64,000 nt of DNA from Bacilli bacterium (GTDB lineage Bacteria; Bacillota_I; Bacilli_A; RFN20; CAG-826), in the NCBI GenBank assembly GCA_045222195.1, contig JBGUXN010000003.1, forward strand, positions 27,311 through 91,310. The letters are read 5' to 3'. Each line of letters opens with the position of its first letter. The stretch's first letter is position 1. Positions 9,536-17,715 of this stretch are shown in pieces. Made by a program: the position numbers and the translations under genes. The notes beneath the pieces are model-generated. The model was given only the letters and a program-made list of their open reading frames with translations, did no database searches and was not told where the DNA came from.

Positions 9536-9757
9536 ATGAATAGGTACACACTAGAAGCAGTTGTTGACGGAGAGTACATTAAATTCGATCGTCTCTTCAA
9601 AAGTAGAGATGAAGCAATCGATTACATCTTCCGTTATTATGAAGACCACAATATATTGAATATTGAAGTCAACGATGAATATTGCGTTGATAACAATAAG
9701 CACGACATTGCTTACGTCTATAATTACTATAACCGCTTCAGAATTGCCAGAGCGTAA
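9536..9757 (+). CDS. small hypothetical protein (73 aa)
   Basis: ORF with a GAGAGG RBS, its own promoter and a terminator. No recognisable domain. Confidence 0.45.
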   Translation: MNRYTLEAVVDGEYIKFDRLFKSRDEAIDYIFRYYEDHNILNIEVNDEYCVDNNKHDIAYVYNYYNRFRIARA

Positions 9758-9771
9758 TTCTATCAATAATG

Positions 9772-9803
9772 AAAAAGGGCCAACAGTTTAAGTTGGCCTT
9801 TTT
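9772..9803. terminator. bidirectional intrinsic terminator
   Basis: A5-GGCCAAC-7 nt-GUUGGCC-U5, between the convergent genes 9536-9757 (+) and 9819-10610 (-). Confidence 0.75.
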
Positions 9804-9818
9804 AGTTCTTTAATACAA

Positions 9819-10610
9819 TTAACCAAGCGCTATATCAAGCACCATCATGAGCACAAAGCCCACCGCTAAACCGATGGTGGCTAAGTTAGAGTGACTACCT
9901 TCATTAGCTTCTGGTATGAGTTCTTCAACGACGACGTAGATCATGACGCCCGCAGCGAACGCGAGTACGAATGGTAAGATTGTTGACACGAATACGGTAA
10001 CTAAGATAGCAATAACCGCGGCAATTGGTTCCACTACACCAGAAATAAAGCCGTACAAGAACGCTCTTCCTTTTGATAAGCCTTCTTCTTTTAAAGGCAT
10101 GGAAACAATTGCGCCTTCTGGGAAGTTTTGTATGGCCATACCTATAGCTAAGGCTAACATGGCATTGCCATTAACATCTGAACCACTATTTTTAGCGACG
10201 ATATAACTAGCGATAACAACACCAACCGCTAAACCTTCAGGAACATTATGAAGAGTGACGGCTAACATCATCTTAAATGTTCTAGATAATTCTCTTTTAG
10301 AAACACCTTCTTCTTGCTTATTGATGTGCATGTGAGGCACTAAATAGTCAAGAAGTAACATAAATCCGACACCTAAGATAAAACCAATCGCCGGATATAA
10401 CCACATTCTAAAGTCGCCTTTAGTGTAGGTATTAATAGCGGGTTGAAGTAAAGACCAAATAGAAGCCGCAATCATGACACCAGAGGCAAAGCCTAATAAG
10501 ATCTTTTGTAATTTAGGATTGATTTCTTTTCTTAAAAAGAAAACCATCGCACTACCTAAGGTTGTGCCCACTAATGGAATAAATAAACAAATAATTACTA
10601 AAGGAGTCAT
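9819..10610 (-). CDS. ZIP-family divalent metal transporter
   Basis: 263 aa, polytopic. 'HNVPEGLAVG' and 'QNFPEGA' signature helices. Confidence 0.8.
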   Translation of the reverse strand: MTPLVIICLFIPLVGTTLGSAMVFFLRKEINPKLQKILLGFASGVMIAASIWSLLQPAINTYTKGDFRMWLYPAIGFILGVGFMLLLDYLVPHMHINKQEEGVSKRELSRTFKMMLAVTLHNVPEGLAVGVVIASYIVAKNSGSDVNGNAMLALAIGMAIQNFPEGAIVSMPLKEEGLSKGRAFLYGFISGVVEPIAAVIAILVTVFVSTILPFVLAFAAGVMIYVVVEELIPEANEGSHSNLATIGLAVGFVLMMVLDIALG

Positions 10611-11443
10611 TATTCATCACCCTCCGCACGTTTATTATGGTCGAAGATTGGAGGATATAAGTTTTCTCCTTCTTCTAAATTCGCTAATTTACATATTGCT
10701 TCATGCGTTCTTTTCGCGAGATCAATTCTTTGCTCGGCTTCTGGAAGAGTTTCATCTTTATAAATTGGTTCACCAACGGTGACTGTAATTGCCGCATCTT
10801 GTTTAAAGATATGTTTTCTAATCCAAGATGGTTTTCTATAAGAAAAACCTAAAGGCAATATCGGCTTATTATAACGGCACGCTAAAGAGAAGGCACCTAA
10901 TTTAAATGGTCTAATATACGGATAATATTCCCACATGCTTCCTTCAGCGTATACATGAAGCCATCCATCGTTTTCTAAATGTTTTCCCACCGCTTCATTC
11001 ATAGCACGCATGCCCTCTTTATTGTCACTTGGAATAGGCACACCGTTGACAGCGCGCATCATTTTACCGTTTTCCCCTCTAATATTCATATCCCAAATAA
11101 GGACATATGGCTTATATGGTCTAAGAGCTTTCATATTAGCGATAAAATCCCATAAATGAACATGGTTAGAGATAGTAACCGCTCCATGTTTAAGTTGGTC
11201 TTTATAGTATTTAAGGTTCTTTCTACCTTTAACTTTTAAACCCATCATAAAGAAACAGAGAATTGGCCATACTAAGATATTAAGGACTACTCTAGTCCAG
11301 AACTTCGCTGTTCTTAACTTAAAAGAATTATCAAAGTATGGATAATCAGCATCAAACACTAAGCCATTATTCTTTTTAACAACTAGATAATGTTGATCTG
11401 TATATTCTGTATATGGGTACTTTGTACTGTGTGGGTGAAACAT
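10610..11443 (-). CDS. lysophospholipid (1-acyl-sn-glycerol-3-phosphate) acyltransferase family protein
   Basis: HX4D motif 'NHVHLWD' and 'YAEGS' motif III. Confidence 0.7.
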   Translation of the reverse strand: MFHPHSTKYPYTEYTDQHYLVVKKNNGLVFDADYPYFDNSFKLRTAKFWTRVVLNILVWPILCFFMMGLKVKGRKNLKYYKDQLKHGAVTISNHVHLWDFIANMKALRPYKPYVLIWDMNIRGENGKMMRAVNGVPIPSDNKEGMRAMNEAVGKHLENDGWLHVYAEGSMWEYYPYIRPFKLGAFSLACRYNKPILPLGFSYRKPSWIRKHIFKQDAAITVTVGEPIYKDETLPEAEQRIDLAKRTHEAICKLANLEEGENLYPPIFDHNKRAEGDE

Positions 11444-11476
11444 AGGATATGTTTAGATTATCACAAATAATAAAAC

Positions 11477-11503
11477 AAAAAAAGAAGCGGTAATTTCCGC
11501 TTC
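11477..11503 (-). terminator. intrinsic terminator of giant ncRNA copy A
   Basis: Minus strand: GAAGCGG-AAAUUA-CCGCUUC followed by U7. Confidence 0.8.
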
Positions 11504-12545
11504 CTTTCTTTGAACCGCGATATCCGAATCATACATTGCTGTAAGCGATATCGTAGTTAGGCTCCTTAGGCTGGTGATGCTTCTTGTTGTCGATGTGTTT
11601 TGAACTGAGTAGCGCATCGGTGGCCAGCTTTCTTAAGTCATTAGCTCAAGACTGTCATCCTTTTCGTCATGTCCGGTACCGGATTTATCTCTTCAAGCCT
11701 TAACGAGAGGTCCGGTGACTATTGCTAGTCAGGGAGGATTGTACCGAGAACCACAGAAGTGATTCGTTGCTAGAGCAACCAGTTGACTAAGGGGTTTTTA
11801 ATCCTTAGAGGCTCCCATGTCAGCTTAGAGGAGCTGGTTGACTGATCTAGTCTTAAGTTCTTTAGGCCGTTTCTTCGCGGAATTTCCTATCCTGGGTTCT
11901 TCCGTTATCATCGCACGTTAGGTTGAGTAATGCGATTTAGGCTTTTCCGTAGTGATTTGCACTACTGGATCTTTGTTTTCCCTCTTTGTCCTATGTCCGG
12001 CGGTGGAATTACGCTGTCAAACTCTAATTCAGCGACCACTGTAGCAGGGAGGTTTGCCGTTTAGATGTCCCGAAGGGCATCAAGCCTTGGTGGGGGTGAT
12101 CATTGACCAGGAGATTTAATCCTGGAACCTTACTATCAACGTCGTTTTAGCGGTGATCTGTGGTTAAGGCTGAGTTTTTACTTTAATTAGGTTCCCATTC
12201 GCTCACTGTGCCATTACTGACCAGTGGGTTTATTTCAGGTTTTGAGTTGCTTTAGCCTGAAGGTGGGTGTGGGACGGGTTATTAGCCTTCGTCATCCTCT
12301 TCGTCGTGTCGGGCGGTGGTTTTAAGCTGTCAAACTCTAATTCAGCTTCCACTCTAGGAGGGAGGATTTCGCCCTGATCGATGCAAGCACCGATCCGCCA
12401 GTACAATCATTAATCTGGTTTAAGATTTTGATCCCAGAAACGCGTTAGCAACTTACCTACCTGCGTTGATTGATTTACCTGGACTTGAGATACTAAGAAT
12501 CTATCAATTCTTAGTGTCTCACCCACTCGGTTTCCCCAGCGGGTT
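11477..12545 (-). ncRNA. giant structured ncRNA, copy A (~1.07 kb, family unassigned)
   Basis: No ORF on either strand. GC-richer than the flanks. Bounded by a promoter and a terminator on the minus strand. Many hairpins carry GCAA/UUCG/CUUG tetraloops in minus-strand sense. Helices covary with copy B. Confidence 0.8.
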
Positions 12546-12550
12546 AGTAT

Positions 12551-12579
12551 AGTATGCACTTATTTTATTTCTGCGTCAA
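12551..12579 (-). promoter_or_regulatory. sigma70-type promoter of ncRNA copy A
   Basis: Minus strand: TTGACG (12579-12574), 17-nt spacer, CATACT (12556-12551). Preceded by more than 100 bp of A/T tracts. Confidence 0.55.
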
Positions 12580-12816
12580 TACTTTTTTTTAAAAATTTTT
12601 TTATTTTTTTATAAAATGTATTTTAAATAATATTTTATATTATTTATTTTTTGATAATTTTTTATATAAATATTTAAAAATAGAGTTTTTTATACGCGTA
12701 TATGCGTGATAAATAGAGATTTTATTAATTTATTCTTCTTCGTTTTCTTTAACGGTTCTAATAACTTCTCAAATTGAACAGTCTTCGTGATGACAGTTAT
12801 GATGCTTTTTGAAGAC

Positions 12817-12843
12817 AAAAAAAGAAGCGGTCAATACCGCTTC
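12817..12843 (-). terminator. intrinsic terminator of giant ncRNA copy B
   Basis: Minus strand: GAAGCGG-UAUUGA-CCGCUUC followed by U7. Confidence 0.8.
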
Positions 12844-13865
12844 CTTCTTTGAACCGTGATACCCGAATCATGCATTGCTGCAAGCGGTATCCAAGTTAAG
12901 TTCCTTTGGCTGGTGATGCTTCTTTCTTGGTAAGGCGTTTTGAATTAGTTAGCGTCTTACTGGCCAGCTTCCTCAAGTTATTAGCTTTGAGGCTGTTTCC
13001 CTCTTCGTCTTGACCGGTGCCGGATTTACTCTGTCAAACTTTAACACAGATGCCGGTGACTATTGCTAGTCAGGTGGGGTCGTACCGATATCATCATTAC
13101 TGATGATCTTTGCTAGTGCAACCAGTTAACGATGGCTCTTTAATCCTTCGAGGCTCCCATACTAATTTAGAGGAGGCGGTTGACTTATCTAGTCTTAAGT
13201 TCTTTAGGCCGTTTCTTGGCGGGATTTCCATGCTGGGTTCTCCCGTTATCTCCACACGTTAGGTTGAGTAATGTGGATTAGGCTTTGCGGTTAAGTTTTC
13301 TTTAACTCGCTTTTGTTTTTCCCTCTTTGTCCTATGTCCGGCGGAAGTCTTACGCTGTAAAACTCTAATTCAGCGGCTTCTGTAACAGGGAGGTTTGCCG
13401 TTTAGATGCCCTTGCGGGCATCAAGCCTTAGTGATCATTGGCTGGGAGCTTTAATCCCAGGTCCTTACTATCAACGTCGTTTTAGCGGTGATCTTTTGGT
13501 TAAGGCTAAGTTTTCGCCCATTCATCAGGAGTGCCATTACTGACCTTCTGACTTATTCCAGGTTTTGAGTTGCTTTAGCCTGGATGTGGGGAGTGGATGG
13601 GTAATTGACCTTCATCATCCTCTTCGATCTTGTCGGGCGGTGGTTTTAAGCTGTCAAACTCTAATTCAGCATCCACTGGAGCAGGGAGGACTCGCCCTTG
13701 AGTGATTGCTCACTCTGCCAGTACAATGATTGATCTGAGCTTTTTCTTTGATCTCAGAAGGCGCTTTAGCAACTTACATACCTGCGCTCATTGTTTTACC
13801 TGGTCTTGAGATACTAAGAATCTATCAATTCTTAGTCTCTCACTCACCTCGTTCCCGGGGTGGGT
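12817..13865 (-). ncRNA. giant structured ncRNA, copy B (~1.05 kb, paralogue of copy A)
   Basis: Collinear with copy A end to end. Same promoter and terminator architecture. Substitutions relative to A are largely compensatory within helices. Confidence 0.8.
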
Positions 13866-13871
13866 TTCTAT

Positions 13872-13901
13872 AGTATGCCACAAATAAATAATTTAATGCA
13901 A
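13872..13901 (-). promoter_or_regulatory. sigma70-type promoter of ncRNA copy B
   Basis: Minus strand: TTGCAT (13901-13896), 18-nt spacer, CATACT (13877-13872). Preceded by A/T tracts. Confidence 0.55.
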
Positions 13902-14070
13902 GCACTTTTTTAAATTTTTTTTAATTTTTTTATAAATTACTATTTTAAATAACTTTGTTATTTACATTTTTAAAAAATTTTTTAAATAAATAAAAATAAT
14001 TGTTTTTTAATGAAAAAATAATGCTTTTTTATGCATATATACGTGAATTGTTTAAATTAAATATTTTTAT

Positions 14071-14092
14071 AAGAAAACGCGCCTGGGCGCGC
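14071..14092 (-). terminator. intrinsic terminator of the two-component operon
   Basis: Minus strand: GC-only stem CGCGC/GCGCG followed by UUUUCUU, directly after the kinase stop codon. Confidence 0.6.
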
Positions 14093-14101
14093 TCTCAAAT
14101 C

Positions 14102-15397
14102 TTAAATAATAATTGTAAATATAATGCGGTTATCTTTGACTATAGCAGATATCTTTCCTTTATGAAGTTCCACTATTTCTTTAGCGATGCTTAAGCCAAT
14201 ACCAGATCCTTCTTTTTTATTAGTACTTGGACTACGATAGAATCTTTCAAACAATAAATTAGTGTCTATTTGATGGTTTTCTACGACATCGTTATAAAAG
14301 ACAATAGTCACCTTTTTATTATTTCTACTGACTCTCACACCGACTTCACCATTTGGTTTGGTGTATTTTAAAGCATTATCTAAGAAGACATAGAATAATT
14401 CATTAATTAAGTATCTATTACCAGTCATACCGATATTTTCTTCGATATTCTTCGCAAACTCATAATTGTTCTTTTGATATGTTGGTAAGAATGCTTCAAT
14501 ACACTCATTAGCGAGCTTACTAAGTGAGAAGTCCTCAAATGGGTAATTCTTTAAATCATTTTCGTCAAGTCTAGAAAGGATGACTAATTGATTGGTCATC
14601 GATGTTAAACGATTGACTTGATCATGGATGGATTCTGTCCATTCGTTTTTACCATTATCCATTTCAATAATTTCTAAGTCTGTATTGATAATAGTTAAAG
14701 GTGTTTTTAATTCATGAGAAGCATTAGTAATAAAGGCTTTTTGCTTACGATATGATTCTTCATTTGTTTTAAAAACGAAGAAAGAGGCTATCACGATGAG
14801 GCCCGCCACTACAGCGTAACCAATCGCGGAAATACTGACTGATGATTTAACAAAATCATAATAATTGGTCATTCTTTCATGTATATCAATGAAAGCAAGA
14901 TAAGTATTATTGTTTCTTTTGTCTCTAGAGTATCTAAAGTCTTTAGTAACACCACCTTTAGTGCCCTTATTATAGATTTCTGTAGCTAAAGCCTTACCCT
15001 CTTCTTCAGAAATAGAGAAGACGTGCATGAAATCGGAATAGTTAATATCACCATTTTCATCAAAGGACACAACGAAGTAATGTTCTCTCATTAACTTTTC
15101 ATAGTTTCCCATACCTGGCCAAGTCCAACCACCTTGTTGGCCACCTTGACCACCTTGACCTTGCCCACCTGGATTCATTGGATCATATGAATAAGAATAC
15201 GCTCCTGGGTCATAGGAATATGGTTCTGGGTCAGCATATAGCTTTTCTTGATCCACGACGAGAACAAGAGATTTTTTAGCATCGTTTTGAATACCAACAT
15301 AGTTATAGATATCAATAGAAGCAATGGCCGCGGTTAAAACCACTAAAACAGCGATTAAAGAAACTAGTATGAAACGCAACCTTAATCTTTTAATCAT
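14102..15397 (-). CDS. sensor histidine kinase (HisKA + HATPase_c)
   Basis: Two TM helices. H-box 'SHELKTPL', N-box 'LDNALKYT', G-box 'GSGIGLSI'. The extracytoplasmic loop is low-complexity and Y/G/Q-rich. Confidence 0.85.
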   Translation of the reverse strand: MIKRLRLRFILVSLIAVLVVLTAAIASIDIYNYVGIQNDAKKSLVLVVDQEKLYADPEPYSYDPGAYSYSYDPMNPGGQGQGGQGGQQGGWTWPGMGNYEKLMREHYFVVSFDENGDINYSDFMHVFSISEEEGKALATEIYNKGTKGGVTKDFRYSRDKRNNNTYLAFIDIHERMTNYYDFVKSSVSISAIGYAVVAGLIVIASFFVFKTNEESYRKQKAFITNASHELKTPLTIINTDLEIIEMDNGKNEWTESIHDQVNRLTSMTNQLVILSRLDENDLKNYPFEDFSLSKLANECIEAFLPTYQKNNYEFAKNIEENIGMTGNRYLINELFYVFLDNALKYTKPNGEVGVRVSRNNKKVTIVFYNDVVENHQIDTNLLFERFYRSPSTNKKEGSGIGLSIAKEIVELHKGKISAIVKDNRIIFTIII

Positions 15398-16071
15398 TTT
15401 TCTTGCTCCAAATAATATCCTTGATAACGGATAGATTTAATTTTGACTTTAGAAGATACTTGAGAAATCTTTTTTCTTAAATAAGAAACAAACACCCAAA
15501 CATTCTCACTTGTGGAATATGAATCAATATCCCAAGCGGATCTACTAATAGCGTCTAAAGAGGCGATACTACCTTGTTTATTCATTAAAAGAACCATGAT
15601 TTGTAATTCTTTATTCATTAAAGAGACTTTCTTATCACCACTTGATAAGGTCGCAGTATTAACATCTAATGATAAATCACCAAAGGTGAGGATATCTTCT
15701 TTCTTATAAGATGGTTTTCTTCTAAGTAAGGCGCGAATTCTCGCTAAGAGTTCTTCCGTATTAAATGGTTTCGCTAAATAATCGTCAGCGCCTAAATCAA
15801 GACCATTAATCTTATCTTCCACGGTGGATTTCGCGGTTAACATGATGACAGGCGTCTCTATTTTCTTTTCTCTCATGATCTTTAAAACTTCAAAACCACT
15901 CAGCTTAGGCATCATGACATCTAAGACGATAATGTCGTATTGATATTGTTCAATAAAGATTAAGGCTTCTTCTCCATCATAAGCGGAGTCCACTACGAAA
16001 GAGTTTCTCTTTAAGATTGTACTAAGAGCTTTATTAAGTTGTTGGGAATCTTCAACTAAGAGGAGTTTCAT
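15394..16071 (-). CDS. OmpR-family response regulator
   Basis: 'LLVEDS', 'VLDVMMP', 'LTAK' receiver motifs plus a winged-helix C-terminus. 4-nt overlap with the kinase gene. Confidence 0.9.
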   Translation of the reverse strand: MKLLLVEDSQQLNKALSTILKRNSFVVDSAYDGEEALIFIEQYQYDIIVLDVMMPKLSGFEVLKIMREKKIETPVIMLTAKSTVEDKINGLDLGADDYLAKPFNTEELLARIRALLRRKPSYKKEDILTFGDLSLDVNTATLSSGDKKVSLMNKELQIMVLLMNKQGSIASLDAISRSAWDIDSYSTSENVWVFVSYLRKKISQVSSKVKIKSIRYQGYYLEQEK

Positions 16072-16112
16072 ACCTTAAATTTAATTTAATGAACCTTAAA
16101 CAAACTTTAGAA
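16072..16112. promoter_or_regulatory. direct-repeat element, copy 2, filling the cls/response-regulator intergenic gap
   Basis: ACCTTAAA at 16072-16079 and 16093-16100 (21-bp spacing). TTAATTTAATGAACCTTAAACA (16081-16102) matches 7510-7530. Confidence 0.4.
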
Positions 16113-17702
16113 CAACGCGGAAATAATCTTTAATAAGGAAGTAATAGCCCTAATTGGACCTCTTAATCTAAAGTTAGAAGGTACTTCTTCACTGACTTCC
16201 ACCATTTGTTTGAAGTCATCTTCAATTTCTTTCATGCACTCGCACTTATATAAAATTGTGCCGCATTCAAAGTGATGGACTAAACTTCTAAAGTCAAAGT
16301 TAATGGTACCGACAAACGCGAGTTCCCCATCCGCAATAGCGGATTTCATATGGTTAAAGCCTGGTTTATAAATATGAATATGTACGCCAGCATCAAGAAG
16401 GAATCTAAAGTTAGATTTCGCCATTGAATACACTAATTTCTTATCAGGAATACCAGGGACGATTAAATGGACATCCACTCCTCTTAAAGCGGCATTTCTT
16501 AAAGCGTCAAGAAGACCATAAGTAGGCACTAAATATGGCGTGGAGATGTAACATGATTTAGTGGCGTAATTCAAAATATTAATATATGTTTGTTCGCCCA
16601 CTAAAGCGTAGTCGATATCACCAGGACCATCACCAAATGGCATGACGAATCCTGAATCTTCAAATTTAGGATATTCATAATTGATGAATTTATCGTAATT
16701 AGAAATATGACCGACCGCTAAGTTTAAGTTTTGTAAGAAAGTCATAATGAGATTATTAATGGCACTACCTTCGATTTTAACCATGGTATCTTTCCAATAG
16801 CCAAATCTCACTATTTCATTCGCGTATTCATCAGCGAGATTGATACCACCGGTAAAAGCCATTTTATGGTCAACGACCACAATCTTTCTATGATCTCTAT
16901 TGTTATAAACACCAGAAAGAATTGGTCTAAATGGATGGAACTTATAGCATTTAATGCCAAACTTTCTTAATCTTCTTGGGGTAAAAGAAGAGATTGTGCC
17001 ACCACAACCCATATCATCATAAACAATACGGACATCAACACCCGCTTGGGCTTTTTCTTTTAAGATTTCTTGAACAGCAGACCATTCCTTACCATCACTA
17101 ATGATAAAGAATTCAATGAAGATAAATTTTTCGGCTTGTTTTAAACCTTCTAACAAAGCGGGAAAGAATTCTTCGCCGCATTTATAGTAAGTAACTCTGT
17201 TATTCGTATGGATACCCATCTTTGTGGTGTTATGAATATAGTTAAATGTGCCTAAGGCTTCTCCTAATTCTTTTTCATATTTCTTTTGTTCGTTTTTGCT
17301 TAATTCAAAGTGTTCATCACACGCCTTATTAAAAGCGGCCATGATCTTTTTATCTTTCTTTCTTAAACCATGGTTACCAAAGATTAAGAAAATAACGGAG
17401 GTGAATAAAGGCAAAAGAAGCATACCCACGATCCAAGGAATCTTAAATTCTGGATCTTCTGGTTTGTTAACAATTCTAAAGAAGATGAAGAAAGCAACGA
17501 TAAAGGCCACGATTCTTAAGCCCATATAGGCGAAAACAATAATCGCGGATATTTGTTCATTGGTGATATTTTCACTACCGATAATCGCCGTTAAAATATC
17601 ATCTAAAAAGAATTGAATAACAACGATAATAGCGAGTTCTAAAAGAAGAAGTAATATGACTAGGAAATATCCAGATAATAAATTTCTAATAAACTTTTTC
17701 AT
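16107..17702 (-). CDS. cls: cardiolipin synthase
   Basis: 531 aa. N-terminal TM helices and two PLD HKD motifs ('HRKIVVVD', 'HMKSAIAD'). Confidence 0.85.
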   Translation of the reverse strand: MKKFIRNLLSGYFLVILLLLLELAIIVVIQFFLDDILTAIIGSENITNEQISAIIVFAYMGLRIVAFIVAFFIFFRIVNKPEDPEFKIPWIVGMLLLPLFTSVIFLIFGNHGLRKKDKKIMAAFNKACDEHFELSKNEQKKYEKELGEALGTFNYIHNTTKMGIHTNNRVTYYKCGEEFFPALLEGLKQAEKFIFIEFFIISDGKEWSAVQEILKEKAQAGVDVRIVYDDMGCGGTISSFTPRRLRKFGIKCYKFHPFRPILSGVYNNRDHRKIVVVDHKMAFTGGINLADEYANEIVRFGYWKDTMVKIEGSAINNLIMTFLQNLNLAVGHISNYDKFINYEYPKFEDSGFVMPFGDGPGDIDYALVGEQTYINILNYATKSCYISTPYLVPTYGLLDALRNAALRGVDVHLIVPGIPDKKLVYSMAKSNFRFLLDAGVHIHIYKPGFNHMKSAIADGELAFVGTINFDFRSLVHHFECGTILYKCECMKEIEDDFKQMVEVSEEVPSNFRLRGPIRAITSLLKIISALF

Positions 17703-17715
17703 AATGATTCCTCCA

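Noticed and set aside
12270-12300. Mini-ORFs inside the ncRNA, where AUG directly follows GAGG (for example AAGAGGAUGACG...).
   Set aside because: The SD-like element abuts the AUG with no spacer. The peptides are 5-21 aa and are not conserved between modules or copies. The GAGG element is better explained as the 3' strand of a helix with CCUCC.
11444-14000. Could the ORF-free 2.5 kb be rRNA, a CRISPR array, an IS element or a degraded gene?
   Set aside because: There is no repeat-spacer periodicity at CRISPR scale: the repeats are about 315 nt and 1.3 kb, and they are divergent. No transposase gene or terminal inverted repeats are present. No 16S/23S/5S hallmark stretches were recognised beyond a 9-mer. 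Both copies keep helices through compensatory changes, which is not what decaying coding sequence does.
14000-14194. 64-aa plus-strand ORF from the track.
   Set aside because: It lies in the A/T-tract promoter-upstream region and runs through the two-component-operon terminator into the antisense strand of the kinase gene. It has no RBS and low-complexity composition.
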